The translations under genes were made by a program, and so were the position numbers. From sequence record DRR378314_172: DNA of 62,115 bases, one strand, 5' to 3'. A model generated the notes under the pieces. That model did no database searches, was not told the DNA's origin, and saw only the letters and a list, made by a program, of their open reading frames with translations. Positions 28,617 through 39,044 of this stretch are shown here, in pieces. Each line of letters starts with the position of its first letter. Within the stretch, counting starts at the first letter, position 1.

Positions 28617-30665
28617 TCAGTCTTTTTGCGATACGCATTCTTCGACCAGAGGCAGCGCATCGCGGGCCGCGTTTTGCAACGTCGGAACCTGCGCACCACC
28701 GCTGCCGCCCATGCTCACCGCGCCTTTGAGGTTGATGCTGCCCGCCTCAAGCGTGATCCCCGACGCGTCCAGAGTGATCTTCCCCCCCGGCCCCTTGATG
28801 ACGAATTTCTCATAGGCCATCAGCGTGTGCTTTGCGGTGTTGTTGGTTATGGCTTCGGTCACGTTCAGCGTAGATTTGCCAAACACTGTTTCCTCGTGAT
28901 TGCGCCCGATCTGTACAAGGTGGTCGGCATAGATGTCCTGCTTGTGAATGTTTCCAACCACATGCACGTGATCCTTGCCGTATTTCTCCTGCTGATCGCG
29001 TCCCACCTGATAGGTTACGTCCTGACCCACGGTTTCGCGCTGATCGCGCCCCACCGACATCGTCTCGTCCTGACCAACGCTCTGTGTCCGGTCCCGACCG
29101 ATGGAGTTGGCCTCATCCCGACCGATGGTCTTGGAGCGGTCATTCTCGATGACGATCTCCTGATCCTTCTGGCCGTGCATGTAGATCAGTTCTTCGTCGC
29201 GTTCATCTTCAAAGGTCAGCTCATTGAAACCGCTGCCTTTGTGAGTGTCGGTCTTGAACACCGATTTGGTCTTGTTCGCAGGCAGAGGATAGGGTGGCTT
29301 GTTCTTGCCATTGTAGACACAGCCAGAAACCAGCGGTTTGTCGGGGTCCCCTTCGAGGAATTCAACCACGACTTCCATGCCGATGCGCGGGATCACCATG
29401 CCGCCCCAGCCCTGGCTGGCCCAGTTCTGCGACACGCGACAGCGCATTGAATAGGCTTTTTCCAGATCCCAATGGAAATGCACAAGAATACGACCGTATT
29501 CATCGCAATCAATTTCGCCTTCGCCAACAACGACGGCTGTCTGCGGCCCCTGCACGATAGGACGGGGCGTGCTGCGGGGAGGCACCATCGGGGCCGTTGT
29601 GGGCATCAGCTTGTATTCACCGACATAGGGCCGCTCTTCCGCCACAGCCTCACGGTTTGACCCGTAACTCTGGCTCACGAAGCGATACCGCGCTGCGAGG
29701 CAAAGGTGGTCATTGTCATTGCCCGGCACCACGTCGCCACCTGCCAGGTGCACGATATGGCCGGGACGAAACGCCACCAGGTCACCGGTCGCGACATTGC
29801 GGGCGTCATTGCCACGCTCTTCTTCGCAGCGCAGTTGCGCCACCGTATTGCCCCGTCCCAGATCCAGGTAGTCACCGGGGTAGTCATAGGCTTCCAGCTG
29901 GCCTTCGGTGTATTGCGCATCGCCGATACGGTCGGCTTCCATTGCCGCCGTCGGGGTTTTGAAGTTGTAGTCCATCAGCCGCGTTGCACCCGTGGTCAGA
30001 CGCCGCTCCGGCCCCCACTCCCAGAAATGCTCACCGCCTGTGCCCTTGTTCTGCCCCATGCCATAATAGGGGCGCGCACCGAAGGTTTCATGCTTCAGGA
30101 CATCATCCGATATGACCAGCGTATGCCCACCCTCTTGATGACGGAAATGAAACGACAGGCCAAACCGCTCCATCAGGCGGCGGGCAAAGGCAAGATCGCT
30201 TTCGCGATATTGCACGGTGTATTCCAGCTCCGGGTAGTCCCCGATCAGCGCGATCTCCAGATGGGGTTCACCCAGATGGGAGTAATCGGCGAGCAGTTCC
30301 TCGATGATTTTGACGACGGTCTTGTTGTGAAAGATCCGCATATTGCGGCGTTGGCCAGCAAGCCAGAACCATGGGCGCAGACGCAGATCATATCTCCAGC
30401 CGTTCTCACTGGGACCTTTCCACCGCGCCTCTGTCACGATGCCGTCGAAATGCGCGGGACCATCGGCACCTTCCAGCGTCGCCGTGGCATGGGTTCCGAG
30501 AAGAGAATCAAAATCGATGTCGTCACGCGAAGCGATCGCTTCGATGGTGAAATCGAAAAGACCATTCAGTGCTTCATCACCGTCAAATCGCCGTAGCACC
30601 AGCGCATCCGGGCCCAGAACAGTGGTGAGTCGCCCTAGACGGGCGTCTTGCGCAAATACACTCAT
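28617..30665 (-). CDS. vgrG: T6SS spike protein VgrG (TssI)
   Basis: YTVQYRESDLAF, GPQTAVVVG, DEYGRILVHFHWD, RVSQNWA..GWG...IPRIGMEVVVEFLEGDPDKP, gp5-like beta repeats; short C-terminal extension with no toxin domain. Confidence 0.96.
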   Translation of the reverse strand: MSVFAQDARLGRLTTVLGPDALVLRRFDGDEALNGLFDFTIEAIASRDDIDFDSLLGTHATATLEGADGPAHFDGIVTEARWKGPSENGWRYDLRLRPWFWLAGQRRNMRIFHNKTVVKIIEELLADYSHLGEPHLEIALIGDYPELEYTVQYRESDLAFARRLMERFGLSFHFRHQEGGHTLVISDDVLKHETFGARPYYGMGQNKGTGGEHFWEWGPERRLTTGATRLMDYNFKTPTAAMEADRIGDAQYTEGQLEAYDYPGDYLDLGRGNTVAQLRCEEERGNDARNVATGDLVAFRPGHIVHLAGGDVVPGNDNDHLCLAARYRFVSQSYGSNREAVAEERPYVGEYKLMPTTAPMVPPRSTPRPIVQGPQTAVVVGEGEIDCDEYGRILVHFHWDLEKAYSMRCRVSQNWASQGWGGMVIPRIGMEVVVEFLEGDPDKPLVSGCVYNGKNKPPYPLPANKTKSVFKTDTHKGSGFNELTFEDERDEELIYMHGQKDQEIVIENDRSKTIGRDEANSIGRDRTQSVGQDETMSVGRDQRETVGQDVTYQVGRDQQEKYGKDHVHVVGNIHKQDIYADHLVQIGRNHEETVFGKSTLNVTEAITNNTAKHTLMAYEKFVIKGPGGKITLDASGITLEAGSINLKGAVSMGGSGGAQVPTLQNAARDALPLVEECVSQKD

Positions 30666-31052
30666 AAAACATGCCTCTTAAAGATGCGCAGACTGTATCA
30701 AAACAACTAGGAGGGTCAACATCATGCGTGTTGCTTCCCGACCGTCATGCAGCCGCACAGTATGAAATGGGTGTCGATTTCGCCACGACAAGACCAGCCG
30801 AATTCACGTTCTGCCAGCCATCGCTACACCTGAGGCATACAACTCGGACTGACCTTTCCCCAATTGTCTCAAGGGAACATGGCGGGCGGAAGGGGAATTT
30901 TCCGACACAAAACCCCGCTCAGCACTGTCAGCGTTCCCACGATCTCTCCTCCTCCTGCCCACACCACAGTCGCTGCGCTCCACCCCATGGCCGCACTCGG
31001 ATATCTAGGCAGATACCACAGGCGCGCCGCGTGGTTGCTCGTTAACAAAGAA

Positions 31053-31079
31053 GCTCCGCCCGATCAGGTCGGACGGAGC
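31053..31079 (-). terminator. Putative terminator hairpin downstream of the DUF3100 operon
   Basis: GCTCCG-cCCGA-tcagg-TCGGa-CGGAGC inverted repeat; adjacent sequence reads TTCTTTGTT on the minus strand. Confidence 0.45.
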
Positions 31080-31113
31080 AATCTGGCTCAGATCATTTGC
31101 GTTGCGCTGCGGT

Positions 31114-31590
31114 TTACAGGAACATCTGTGCCACGATGGCAGAACCGACGTAGGTACCGGTCATGACCAACACCGCAACCACGGCGATCTTCCAGCCCGA
31201 TGTCTTGGCGATCTCAATCTCGCGCTTGGCGATGGCGATACCGGCGTAGGCCAGACAGGGCGTTGCAAGGGTCAGGAAGTTCACGTGACCGACTTTGTCC
31301 AGCACCCAGGCGCTGCCCGGCGTCCAGGGCAAGGTGGCCACGATACCGACGAGCGATATCCACGCCACGGAGGGCAGTTTGAACGGGACAAACTCGGTCA
31401 GCAGCAGCCCGACCATGCAGATCACCCAGAGGACGATCAGCCCGAGCAGCCCCTGCGGAACGGTGTTCTCGGTCGCCACCGTGTTGCCGACCAGCGCGAC
31501 AATGCTGACGACGATCAAAGCTGCCGCATGCGTGCCCAGGCCCAGCTTTGCCTCGGTGGTTGGGTCTTCGAAGGATTGCGTATCGCTCAT
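31114..31590 (-). CDS. Small integral membrane protein, partner of the DUF3100 transporter
   Basis: 158 aa, about 5 TM; LATPCLAYAGIAI and GTYVGSAIVAQ motifs; 2 nt after the DUF3100 stop. Confidence 0.75.
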   Translation of the reverse strand: MSDTQSFEDPTTEAKLGLGTHAAALIVVSIVALVGNTVATENTVPQGLLGLIVLWVICMVGLLLTEFVPFKLPSVAWISLVGIVATLPWTPGSAWVLDKVGHVNFLTLATPCLAYAGIAIAKREIEIAKTSGWKIAVVAVLVMTGTYVGSAIVAQMFL

Positions 31591-31592
31591 GA

Positions 31593-32414
31593 TTATTCTC
31601 CTGCCGCCGAGGCCGGTGCGTCCTTGCGGCCCAGCCAGTCATAGAGTTTCTCCGTCACCGGAAGCGCCACGAAGACGCACAGATACATGCCTGTTGCATA
31701 GGTCAGCACGTTGCTGGCGCCGGCCAGTGCAAGGATCTGATCCTTCATTTCGGGCACCGCGCTCACCAGGGCGCCAGAACATGCGGCCATCATGGACCCG
31801 GAGCCGATACCACATGCCATCGCCAGTGCGTCGATCGAGAACATTCCGGTCGTCGCAAGGATCGACGCCAGAATCGCAAAGATGAACGTGCCAAAGAGCG
31901 TGCCGATGACATAGACGCCCATGACGCCCGCACCTTCCTGGCTCTTCAGGCCATATTTATCCGCGATGATTGCAATGTTGGGCTCCCGCGCAACGGAGAA
32001 ACACGCGCCGATGGACTCGCGGCCCATGCCCAGCACAAGCACCGCAACAGGAAAGGCCAGCACCACGGTCGCCAGATTGCCCAGCTCCTGCAGGATCAGC
32101 GCCGGGCCTGCGTCGATGATTGTCGACATCGATGGGCCGATGATTGTGCCAAACTTTGCGATAAAGGGCATGATCGCGATGACGATCATCGGCGAAGCAG
32201 CGCTCACGTCCCGGTCCTTGATCCACACTTTGGCGCTGCGCACAACATTGGGATTGATCAACAGGCCCAGAACAAACGCATAGAGCAGCGGCAACAACAA
32301 GATCGCGCCGATCCCGATCGGCACCTTGATAACCCCGATCGCCTCGGCGATCACGGTGATGACCACGGCGCTCAGATGCAGCCGCCAGTCAAACAGGATG
32401 TCCTTGATATCCAT
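31593..32414 (-). CDS. DUF3100 family membrane protein (putative transporter subunit)
   Basis: GPALILQELGNL, GRESIGACFSVAREPN, LAMACGIGSGSMMAA. Confidence 0.85.
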   Translation of the reverse strand: MDIKDILFDWRLHLSAVVITVIAEAIGVIKVPIGIGAILLLPLLYAFVLGLLINPNVVRSAKVWIKDRDVSAASPMIVIAIMPFIAKFGTIIGPSMSTIIDAGPALILQELGNLATVVLAFPVAVLVLGMGRESIGACFSVAREPNIAIIADKYGLKSQEGAGVMGVYVIGTLFGTFIFAILASILATTGMFSIDALAMACGIGSGSMMAACSGALVSAVPEMKDQILALAGASNVLTYATGMYLCVFVALPVTEKLYDWLGRKDAPASAAGE

Positions 32415-32512
32415 GGATTTTACCTTCCGTTGGTTCCATTTGCGCCCTTCTGACGAGGGCGATTGGGATTTGCAATGGGACCAATGTGCTCACCGCCCCC
32501 ATTCCGTAGATC

Positions 32513-34048
32513 TCAGCCCGGTGCGTAGCCGAACCCCTGCACGGGATTTTCGGCCGTTTCGACCCAAACCGATTTGGTCTGCGTGTAGGCTGCCAAGGCC
32601 TCGCGCCCCGACGACCGGCCGTAGCCGGAGCGGCCGAAGCCACCAAACGGCGACATGACGTTGATCGTCTTGTAGCTGTTGATCCAGAATGTTCCGGCCC
32701 GGACCTCTGCCGCCACCCGATGTGCACGTCCGACATCACGGGTCCAGACGGCCCCGGCAAGCCCGTAGGGTGTGGCATTGGCAAGGGTGATCGCCTCTTC
32801 CTCGTCGTCGAAGGGCAGCACGGAAACCACGGGTCCGAACACCTCTTCGCTGGCGATGGTCATCGACGGGGTGACGGCATCCAGCACGGTTGGGGCGTAA
32901 AAATATCCACCGCTCTGCGCCAGCGCTTCGGGTTTGGCACCGCCGCTGGCGATCTGCGCGCCCTGCGCCACCGCCTCCTGCACCATGCTGTCGACCTTTG
33001 ACCATTGGCGCAGATTGTTGACGGGGCCAACCTGGGTGAGCGGGTCCATCGGAACGCCCACCGGAATGCGCGCAGCAGCCGTGGCCAGCTTGTCGACCAC
33101 TTCGGCCTGTATCGAGCGATGCACCAGAAGGCGCGATCCCGCAACGCAGCTTTGTCCGCATGACGCAAAGATCGCGGCCTGCGCGCCGACCACCGCACGG
33201 TCGATGTCAGCATCGCCAAAGACGATGTTTGCGGATTTCCCACCCAGTTCCAACACCGACGGAATGAGGCGCCTGGCTGCCGCTCCGGCGATCTGGCTGC
33301 CAGCCTCTGCCGAGCCCACAAACACCACCAATGCGGTTTCCGGATTGTCGATCATCGCCTGCCCGGACCCTGGCCCATTGCCTGCGATCACATTCACCAG
33401 CCCCTTTGGCACACCGGCCTTTTTACACAGGATCCCAACGACGATCGAGGTCAGCGGTGTCAGCTCCGAGGGTTTGATCACCACGCCATTGCCAGCACAG
33501 ATCGCGGGCGCAACCTGCCAGCAGCATGTGAACAGCGGCGCGTTCCAGGGGGTGATCTGGGCAACCACCCCAAGCGGTTCCTGACGCGTGTAGTTCAAAT
33601 GGGTCGACGGCACCGGGATCACGTCGCCCGTGATCTTGTCACACCAGCCCGCATAATATTCGAACATCTCCGCCATACGTGCCGGTTCGCCGCCGGTGTC
33701 ACGGATCGGGCGCCCGGATGAGAGCGCCTCCAGCTCCGACAACAAAACCGCATGGGCGCGGATCTGGCGTCCAATCTCGAACAGGATCCGGCCACGTTCC
33801 GAAGCGGTCTTTGCGTACCACTCCTTCTGCGCCGCCTTCGCCGCGGTGGCAGCCCGACCCACGACCTCGGCCCCTGCATCACGATAGCGAGCAAAAACCT
33901 GCCCGGTTGCGGGATCGGTCAGCTCCAGGTCAGCGCCGGTGCCCGGCACGAGTTCGCCGCCCACATAGGATTGCACATCCGCAGAGCCCGTCAGTTCGGT
34001 CAGCAGTTGCGCGACACGGCGCGCGGTATCAACAACAGCGTCGGTCAT
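32513..34048 (-). CDS. Aldehyde dehydrogenase family protein
   Basis: ITPWNAP, KPSELTP, LELGGKS, GQSCVAG, EEVFGPV, PFGGFGRSGYGR. Confidence 0.93.
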   Translation of the reverse strand: MTDAVVDTARRVAQLLTELTGSADVQSYVGGELVPGTGADLELTDPATGQVFARYRDAGAEVVGRAATAAKAAQKEWYAKTASERGRILFEIGRQIRAHAVLLSELEALSSGRPIRDTGGEPARMAEMFEYYAGWCDKITGDVIPVPSTHLNYTRQEPLGVVAQITPWNAPLFTCCWQVAPAICAGNGVVIKPSELTPLTSIVVGILCKKAGVPKGLVNVIAGNGPGSGQAMIDNPETALVVFVGSAEAGSQIAGAAARRLIPSVLELGGKSANIVFGDADIDRAVVGAQAAIFASCGQSCVAGSRLLVHRSIQAEVVDKLATAAARIPVGVPMDPLTQVGPVNNLRQWSKVDSMVQEAVAQGAQIASGGAKPEALAQSGGYFYAPTVLDAVTPSMTIASEEVFGPVVSVLPFDDEEEAITLANATPYGLAGAVWTRDVGRAHRVAAEVRAGTFWINSYKTINVMSPFGGFGRSGYGRSSGREALAAYTQTKSVWVETAENPVQGFGYAPG

Positions 34049-34959
34049 CAGTCTTTCTCCTTCCGGCTCAGACGATCCACTTTCGGGTCGCCCATCAGCA
34101 TGAAATCATCCGCATCACTCAGATCGGAATTCTCTTGTGCCCAGAGGGCTGCGGCGAGATCCGCGATTGGGGTAGCAACGCCGGCCTCGGCGGCCAGTTC
34201 GCGTGCCAGGCGCAGATCCTTGCGCATCAACCCCGTCGAAAACCCGCTGTCGAAACTCCTGGGCAGCACCCATGTCGGGACATGAACTTCCGAGATGGCA
34301 CTGCGTCCGGTGGCTGAATTGATCACCTTCAGCATCTCTTCCGCGTCCACTCCGGCGGCTTCGCCCAGACGCAGTGCTTCCAAGGTGGTCACCATGTGAT
34401 TGGCGACCAGCATGTTGTTCACCAGCTTGGCGACATTGCCCGCCCCGCTCGGCCCCACATGGATGATCTTGGCGGCCATCGCCTCCAAGACGGGCATCGC
34501 CACGACGACCCATTGCGCGCCCCCCCCCAACATCACCGAGAGCTGGCCGGAGGCCGCACCAGCAGGACCGCCGCTGACCGGAGCATCAAGGAAACCATGC
34601 CCTTTGGAGGCAAGCCGTGCAGATAGCGCCCGGCTGACCGCAGCCTCGGATGTGGACGTATCAATAAGAACCTTTGGCGCAGCGCCTTTGCTCAGCAAGG
34701 CCGTCTCTTCAGCCGCGGCAACAACCGTCTCGACATGCTGAGCCGTCGGCAGCGACAGCACGATCACATCGGCTGCAAAGAACACTGCATCGGTGCAGGG
34801 AACCGCTGTGATACCGGCATCCTCGGCCCGCTTGCACGCCGCCTCGGCGGGATCATAGCCAACCACATCGTAGCCTGCCTCCACCAGGCTAGAGGCCATA
34901 CCAAAGCCCATCGCCCCCAGTCCGATCACGCCTGCCGTCTTGCTGCTCTTCGCTGCCAT
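34048..34959 (-). CDS. NAD(P)-dependent beta-hydroxyacid dehydrogenase (3-hydroxyisobutyrate dehydrogenase family)
   Basis: IGLGAMG, FLDAPVSGG, AKLVNN, LMRKDL; start set at ATG 34959. Confidence 0.9.
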   Translation of the reverse strand: MAAKSSKTAGVIGLGAMGFGMASSLVEAGYDVVGYDPAEAACKRAEDAGITAVPCTDAVFFAADVIVLSLPTAQHVETVVAAAEETALLSKGAAPKVLIDTSTSEAAVSRALSARLASKGHGFLDAPVSGGPAGAASGQLSVMLGGGAQWVVVAMPVLEAMAAKIIHVGPSGAGNVAKLVNNMLVANHMVTTLEALRLGEAAGVDAEEMLKVINSATGRSAISEVHVPTWVLPRSFDSGFSTGLMRKDLRLARELAAEAGVATPIADLAAALWAQENSDLSDADDFMLMGDPKVDRLSRKEKD

Positions 34960-35078
34960 CTTGTGCTCTATCCCGTCGAATGACGCCCAATTCGGGGCTG
35001 TTCGACCGAACAAAGCCCAAGCAGGGCGATCACAGGAAGTAGCCCATTCGGGCACGATGCGTTGCTGTCAAGGCAACA

Positions 35079-35990
35079 CTAATCGCGAAACGCCAGCATA
35101 TGCTCGGACAGGAAACTGGCGACCAGAGCGACAGACTTCGGCAGGCGGCGCCGGGCGCGCACCATGAGATGTGTGCTGACCTGCTGCAAAGATGTCTCTT
35201 CGATGTCGAGGATTGCCAGATCTCCGCGTTCCGCCTGATTGGTTGCAGAAAAGCGCGGCAGGAAACTCACCCCGACCCCGGCACAGACATAACGCAACAG
35301 GAGCGAGATTGACGCGGTCTCAACCTGCACGCGCAACGCAAGGCCACGGTCGGCGGCAGCCTGCCCCACCAGATGTCGGATCGCATAGCCTGCATTCAGC
35401 ATCGCCACCGGCTGCTCCAGCATCTCGGCGAGGGTCACACTGCTGCGCCCGGCAAGCGGCGAGTGGCTGGGCACAAGTCCACAGAGCGATTGCCGGGAAT
35501 GGGCAAGTGACCGCGTCGCCTCGGTCATCAGCGGGTTATAGGCGATGCCGATATCGCACTGCCCCTCGATCACCCGGCGCTGCAACTCATCCGTTCCGGC
35601 GTGGTCGATGATAAAGCGCAAATGCGGATGGTCTCGCGTCAATGCGAGCAATCCGTTCTCCATCAGATCCGACGCGAACCCCTCACCGGTGGCAATCCGC
35701 ACGATCTGGCTACGCCCGTCCTGGTAGTGGCCGATCTGATCCAGAAGGTAGGTTTGTTCATCCCGCACATGCTGCGCATGCTCTCGCATCAACTCCCCCG
35801 CTTCGGTGAGTTTCACCCCCTTGGAGCTGCGTTCGAACAGGGGCACACCCAACCGCGCTTCGGCTTCTGCGATCTTGCGCGAGATGGCGGAGGGGACGAC
35901 ATTGAGCCGCTCCGCCGCGCGCCGGATCGAGCCTTCATGCGCGACCACGAGAAACTCACGCAGGAACTTCGTCTCAAACGCATCCATCAC
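35079..35990 (-). CDS. LysR family transcriptional regulator
   Basis: FLVVAHEGSIRRAAERLNVVPSAISRKI..LGVPLFER HTH plus substrate-binding domain. Confidence 0.95.
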   Translation of the reverse strand: MMDAFETKFLREFLVVAHEGSIRRAAERLNVVPSAISRKIAEAEARLGVPLFERSSKGVKLTEAGELMREHAQHVRDEQTYLLDQIGHYQDGRSQIVRIATGEGFASDLMENGLLALTRDHPHLRFIIDHAGTDELQRRVIEGQCDIGIAYNPLMTEATRSLAHSRQSLCGLVPSHSPLAGRSSVTLAEMLEQPVAMLNAGYAIRHLVGQAAADRGLALRVQVETASISLLLRYVCAGVGVSFLPRFSATNQAERGDLAILDIEETSLQQVSTHLMVRARRRLPKSVALVASFLSEHMLAFRD

Positions 35991-37126
35991 GCGGCCAGGC
36001 AGTATCGGGCCAATCGCACCCAGTATTCGGCTCCGACCGGTAGCACGGCATCGTTGAAATCAAACTTTGCCGAATGCAGGCCCGGGTTCTCGCCGTCGCG
36101 CGCGGCCCCCAGCCAGAGATATGCGCCGGGCACCTCGTTCAGCATGAAGGCGAAATCCTCAGACGCCATGCTGGGGGCGGCCAATGTGGTATCAAGCCCC
36201 ATCCCGGTCGCCACCTCGCGCGCGATTGCGGCCTCGGGCGCGGCGTTTATCGTCGCGGGATAGCGCCGTTGGTAATCCACCTGCGCCGTACATCCCTGTG
36301 CTTCGGCGCTCGCCCTGGCGATACACTGCAGACGCTCTTCGATCATGTCGCCGGCTGCTGCGTCAAACCAACGCGCGGTGCCGCGCAGGACAGCCCGATC
36401 CGGACATACGTTCCAGGCCGAACCGGAATGGATCTGCGTCACCGACACCACCCCCGGTTCCAGCGGCGACAGCGCACGGGCCGGGATTTCCTGCAATGCA
36501 CCCGCCATGGCCGCCGCAGCCGCGATCACCCCGTCAGACTGCTCAGGCATGGCGCCATGCCCGCCGCGCCCAGAAATTTCGATCTCAAAGACCGCAAAGG
36601 CCGCCATCATCTTGTCATCGCGCGCAACCATTCGCCCCGGTGCAAGGCCTGGCCAGTTGTGGATGCCAAACACCCGATCCACCGGAAACTCGCGAAACAA
36701 GCCCTGTTCGACCATCACCCGCGCGCCGCCGTCATTCTCTTCGGCGGGCTGGAAAATCAGCGTGACCGTCCCCGTGGTGACGCCCTCCTGTGCGATCTGG
36801 CGCGCCGCAAGCAACAGCATCGCGGTGTGCCCATCATGCCCGCAGGCGTGCATCTTGCCCGGCGTGGCGGAGGCATAAGGCAGCCCTGTTGCCTCGTCCA
36901 TCGGCAGGGCGTCGATGTCGGCCCGCAGGCCAATGACAGGAGCGCCCTGCCCCAATTGCGCCACGACGCCAGTGCCCGCGAGGCCACGATGCACCCGCCA
37001 ACCCCACTCCGTCAGCAGCCCGGCAATCATGTCGGAGGTGCGATGTTCCTCAAATCCAAGTTCGGGATGGCGATGCAGGTCGTGACGCCAGGCGATGGCA
37101 TCGTCGATATGGCTGTTGTCGAACAT
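35987..37126 (-). CDS. M20D family amidohydrolase (hippurate hydrolase-like)
   Basis: LHRHPELGFEE, RADIDALP, MHACGHDGHT, FQPAEE, IHNWP, SEDFAF, LHS. Confidence 0.92.
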   Translation of the reverse strand: MFDNSHIDDAIAWRHDLHRHPELGFEEHRTSDMIAGLLTEWGWRVHRGLAGTGVVAQLGQGAPVIGLRADIDALPMDEATGLPYASATPGKMHACGHDGHTAMLLLAARQIAQEGVTTGTVTLIFQPAEENDGGARVMVEQGLFREFPVDRVFGIHNWPGLAPGRMVARDDKMMAAFAVFEIEISGRGGHGAMPEQSDGVIAAAAAMAGALQEIPARALSPLEPGVVSVTQIHSGSAWNVCPDRAVLRGTARWFDAAAGDMIEERLQCIARASAEAQGCTAQVDYQRRYPATINAAPEAAIAREVATGMGLDTTLAAPSMASEDFAFMLNEVPGAYLWLGAARDGENPGLHSAKFDFNDAVLPVGAEYWVRLARYCLAA

Positions 37127-37136
37127 TAAGTGTCTC

Positions 37137-38030
37137 TCAGGTCTTGGGTGTTTCACAAAAGCACAGCAAGATGCCGCCCAACCGCGCAGGTTCGGTCAGC
37201 ACCACTGTCTCAGCGATGTCTCGGCAGGCAAAACCGCCCGCCGCAAGGTACGGGCGCAGATTTGCAAGCGCAGTGCATTTGATATCGAGCGAGATCACCG
37301 AAGGCGTCCCATCCGGCGCCAGATCATCAGGCAAGGGCCCGAATACAGCGGCCGCCGACGCACGACTGACCACGCGCCAGTTGCCATTGCCGGTGGTCAC
37401 TTCAAACCCCCAATCGGTGTCGCGCACCGCAGTGGCGCCATGCAGGGTCGACAGCCAATCGCACACAGCGGGCTGATCCGCAGGTTCGGCGAGGATGGTA
37501 GCAGACGCAAAGCCAAACGCGCTGTTGGGGTGGTTCATCCACTCGGGAAACTCGATCAGATCCCGGCGATGCTGCTGGCAGGCGAACATGCTCAACCGAG
37601 GCAGCCCCTCGCGGGCAAAGATCTTGAGCGTGGTCTTCGTTCGATCCGACGTTCCGTCCTCGCGCCGCACATCCCGGCCGAACTCGACCGTGCCCTCGCA
37701 AGTTCCGCCGCGCCCGACCACAGCGGCCTCATCCGCAGCAGCATCTGTTGAATGCAACGCGGAGAAGGGCACGCCTTCGCGATCTGAGAGCCACTGCTGA
37801 ATATGGCGGCCAAAACAGAACGTGCCCGCCGGATAGCTGTCCAACAGAGTTTCATCCTGCACCCCGACCAGCTCCAATAGCTGATTGCGAAAGATCACCA
37901 ATGCGGTGGACGTGCCCCAGGGGTGCTGGCCCGGCGGCTTCATCAGGAACCCAAGCGACCGATAGGTCTCGCGCGCCTGAACAATGTCGTTCACGCACAC
38001 CAGCGGGTGATCTATTCCAAGTCCAGTCAT
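37137..38030 (-). CDS. VOC family (Glyoxalase_3-like) protein
   Basis: IDHPLVCV...LGF...GQHPWGT...LLELVG and WMNHPNSA; start set at ATG 38030 (ATGA overlap, RBS GGGGG). Confidence 0.8.
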   Translation of the reverse strand: MTGLGIDHPLVCVNDIVQARETYRSLGFLMKPPGQHPWGTSTALVIFRNQLLELVGVQDETLLDSYPAGTFCFGRHIQQWLSDREGVPFSALHSTDAAADEAAVVGRGGTCEGTVEFGRDVRREDGTSDRTKTTLKIFAREGLPRLSMFACQQHRRDLIEFPEWMNHPNSAFGFASATILAEPADQPAVCDWLSTLHGATAVRDTDWGFEVTTGNGNWRVVSRASAAAVFGPLPDDLAPDGTPSVISLDIKCTALANLRPYLAAGGFACRDIAETVVLTEPARLGGILLCFCETPKT

Positions 38031-38809
38031 CGCATCCCCCGCTTTATATCCTTGAGCGCCGCAAACCCGCCAAACCGCCCCGCGCCACGATCTGTGCCGC
38101 GCGGCCCGGTCACCAGATGGCCGGCGGGGACATGACGCGTCACGATAGCGCCCGCTGCAACCGTTGCACCCGCTCCGACCTCCACCGGGCCAAGCACAAG
38201 CGCCCCTGCCCCCACAACCGCGCCACGACGCAGAATAGGGTGTCGGGCCTCGCCCATATCGACAAAATTCGATCCCAGTGTCACCCCATGCCACAGGCAA
38301 ACATCGTCTTCGATAACAGCCGTCTGACCGATGACGATACCCAGCCCGTGATCGAGCCAGACACCCCGCCCGATCTGTGCCTGGGGCCAGATCTCGACAC
38401 TCAGCGCGCGCGAAAACTGGCCTTTCACTGCCAGGGCAAGCGTCTCTCGCCCCGCCAGCCAAAGCGCGCGCGTCAGGCGGTAGGACATCAACGCGTGAAA
38501 CCCATGGGCAAAATGCAGAACCTGAGCCGCCCCGCCGGGTGCCTCGTCCCGCGCAGTGGTCGCAAGCAGATCATCCAGAATGAAGTCGAGCACCTGCGGC
38601 TGATCGTGCAGGACCTCGCTCGCAGTGGCGCGCAGTTGATCCCGTGGCGCCCCCTCGGGCAGGCATGCAGCAAGCACTGCCGCAATCAGTTCCGGCAGGG
38701 TCTCGATGCGCTCCGGGTCGTACCCGAAGAGCTGCACCAAAGCGGGCTCATGCGCGAACAAGGTCCGCGTGGCAGGCAACAGGGGATCCTGAAGGGGATG
38801 TGAGGGCAT
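38027..38809 (-). CDS. Serine O-acetyltransferase-like (CysE/LbH) acyltransferase
   Basis: RDEA...GFHALMSYRL, IGRGVWLDHGLGIVIGQTAVI..DV.LWHGVTLG, RHPIL, hexapeptide repeats. Confidence 0.8.
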   Translation of the reverse strand: MPSHPLQDPLLPATRTLFAHEPALVQLFGYDPERIETLPELIAAVLAACLPEGAPRDQLRATASEVLHDQPQVLDFILDDLLATTARDEAPGGAAQVLHFAHGFHALMSYRLTRALWLAGRETLALAVKGQFSRALSVEIWPQAQIGRGVWLDHGLGIVIGQTAVIEDDVCLWHGVTLGSNFVDMGEARHPILRRGAVVGAGALVLGPVEVGAGATVAAGAIVTRHVPAGHLVTGPRGTDRGAGRFGGFAALKDIKRGMR

Positions 38810-39044
38810 GACGATCTCGGCTGTTGGTCAGGCCAACTGTGCACTGAGATCGGTGATGCAGACAAGACGACTTTCGCGACACTTGCGTTGCCAGATCGAG
38901 AACACCAATGCGCCGCATTGGAACACAAGCCATGCGGCCAGCCTTAGATCGCATCGTTGCCAGCGCCGACCTGGGCGCGGCCCGTGATGGCCAGACGGGC
39001 GCGCGGGCATCCGTCCAGCCTTGCCTGATGAGATCCCGTAGCTC

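Noticed and set aside
28860-29150. Periodic sequence in the 3' part of vgrG
   Set aside because: Normal gp5-like beta-helix repeats (xxxVGxD).
30671-31045. 124-aa ORF upstream of vgrG as a possible effector or adaptor
   Set aside because: Opposite strand to vgrG, no motifs, no clear RBS.
37137-38462. 441-aa version of the VOC ORF
   Set aside because: The N-terminal extension overlaps the CysE-like gene; the real start is most likely ATG 38030.
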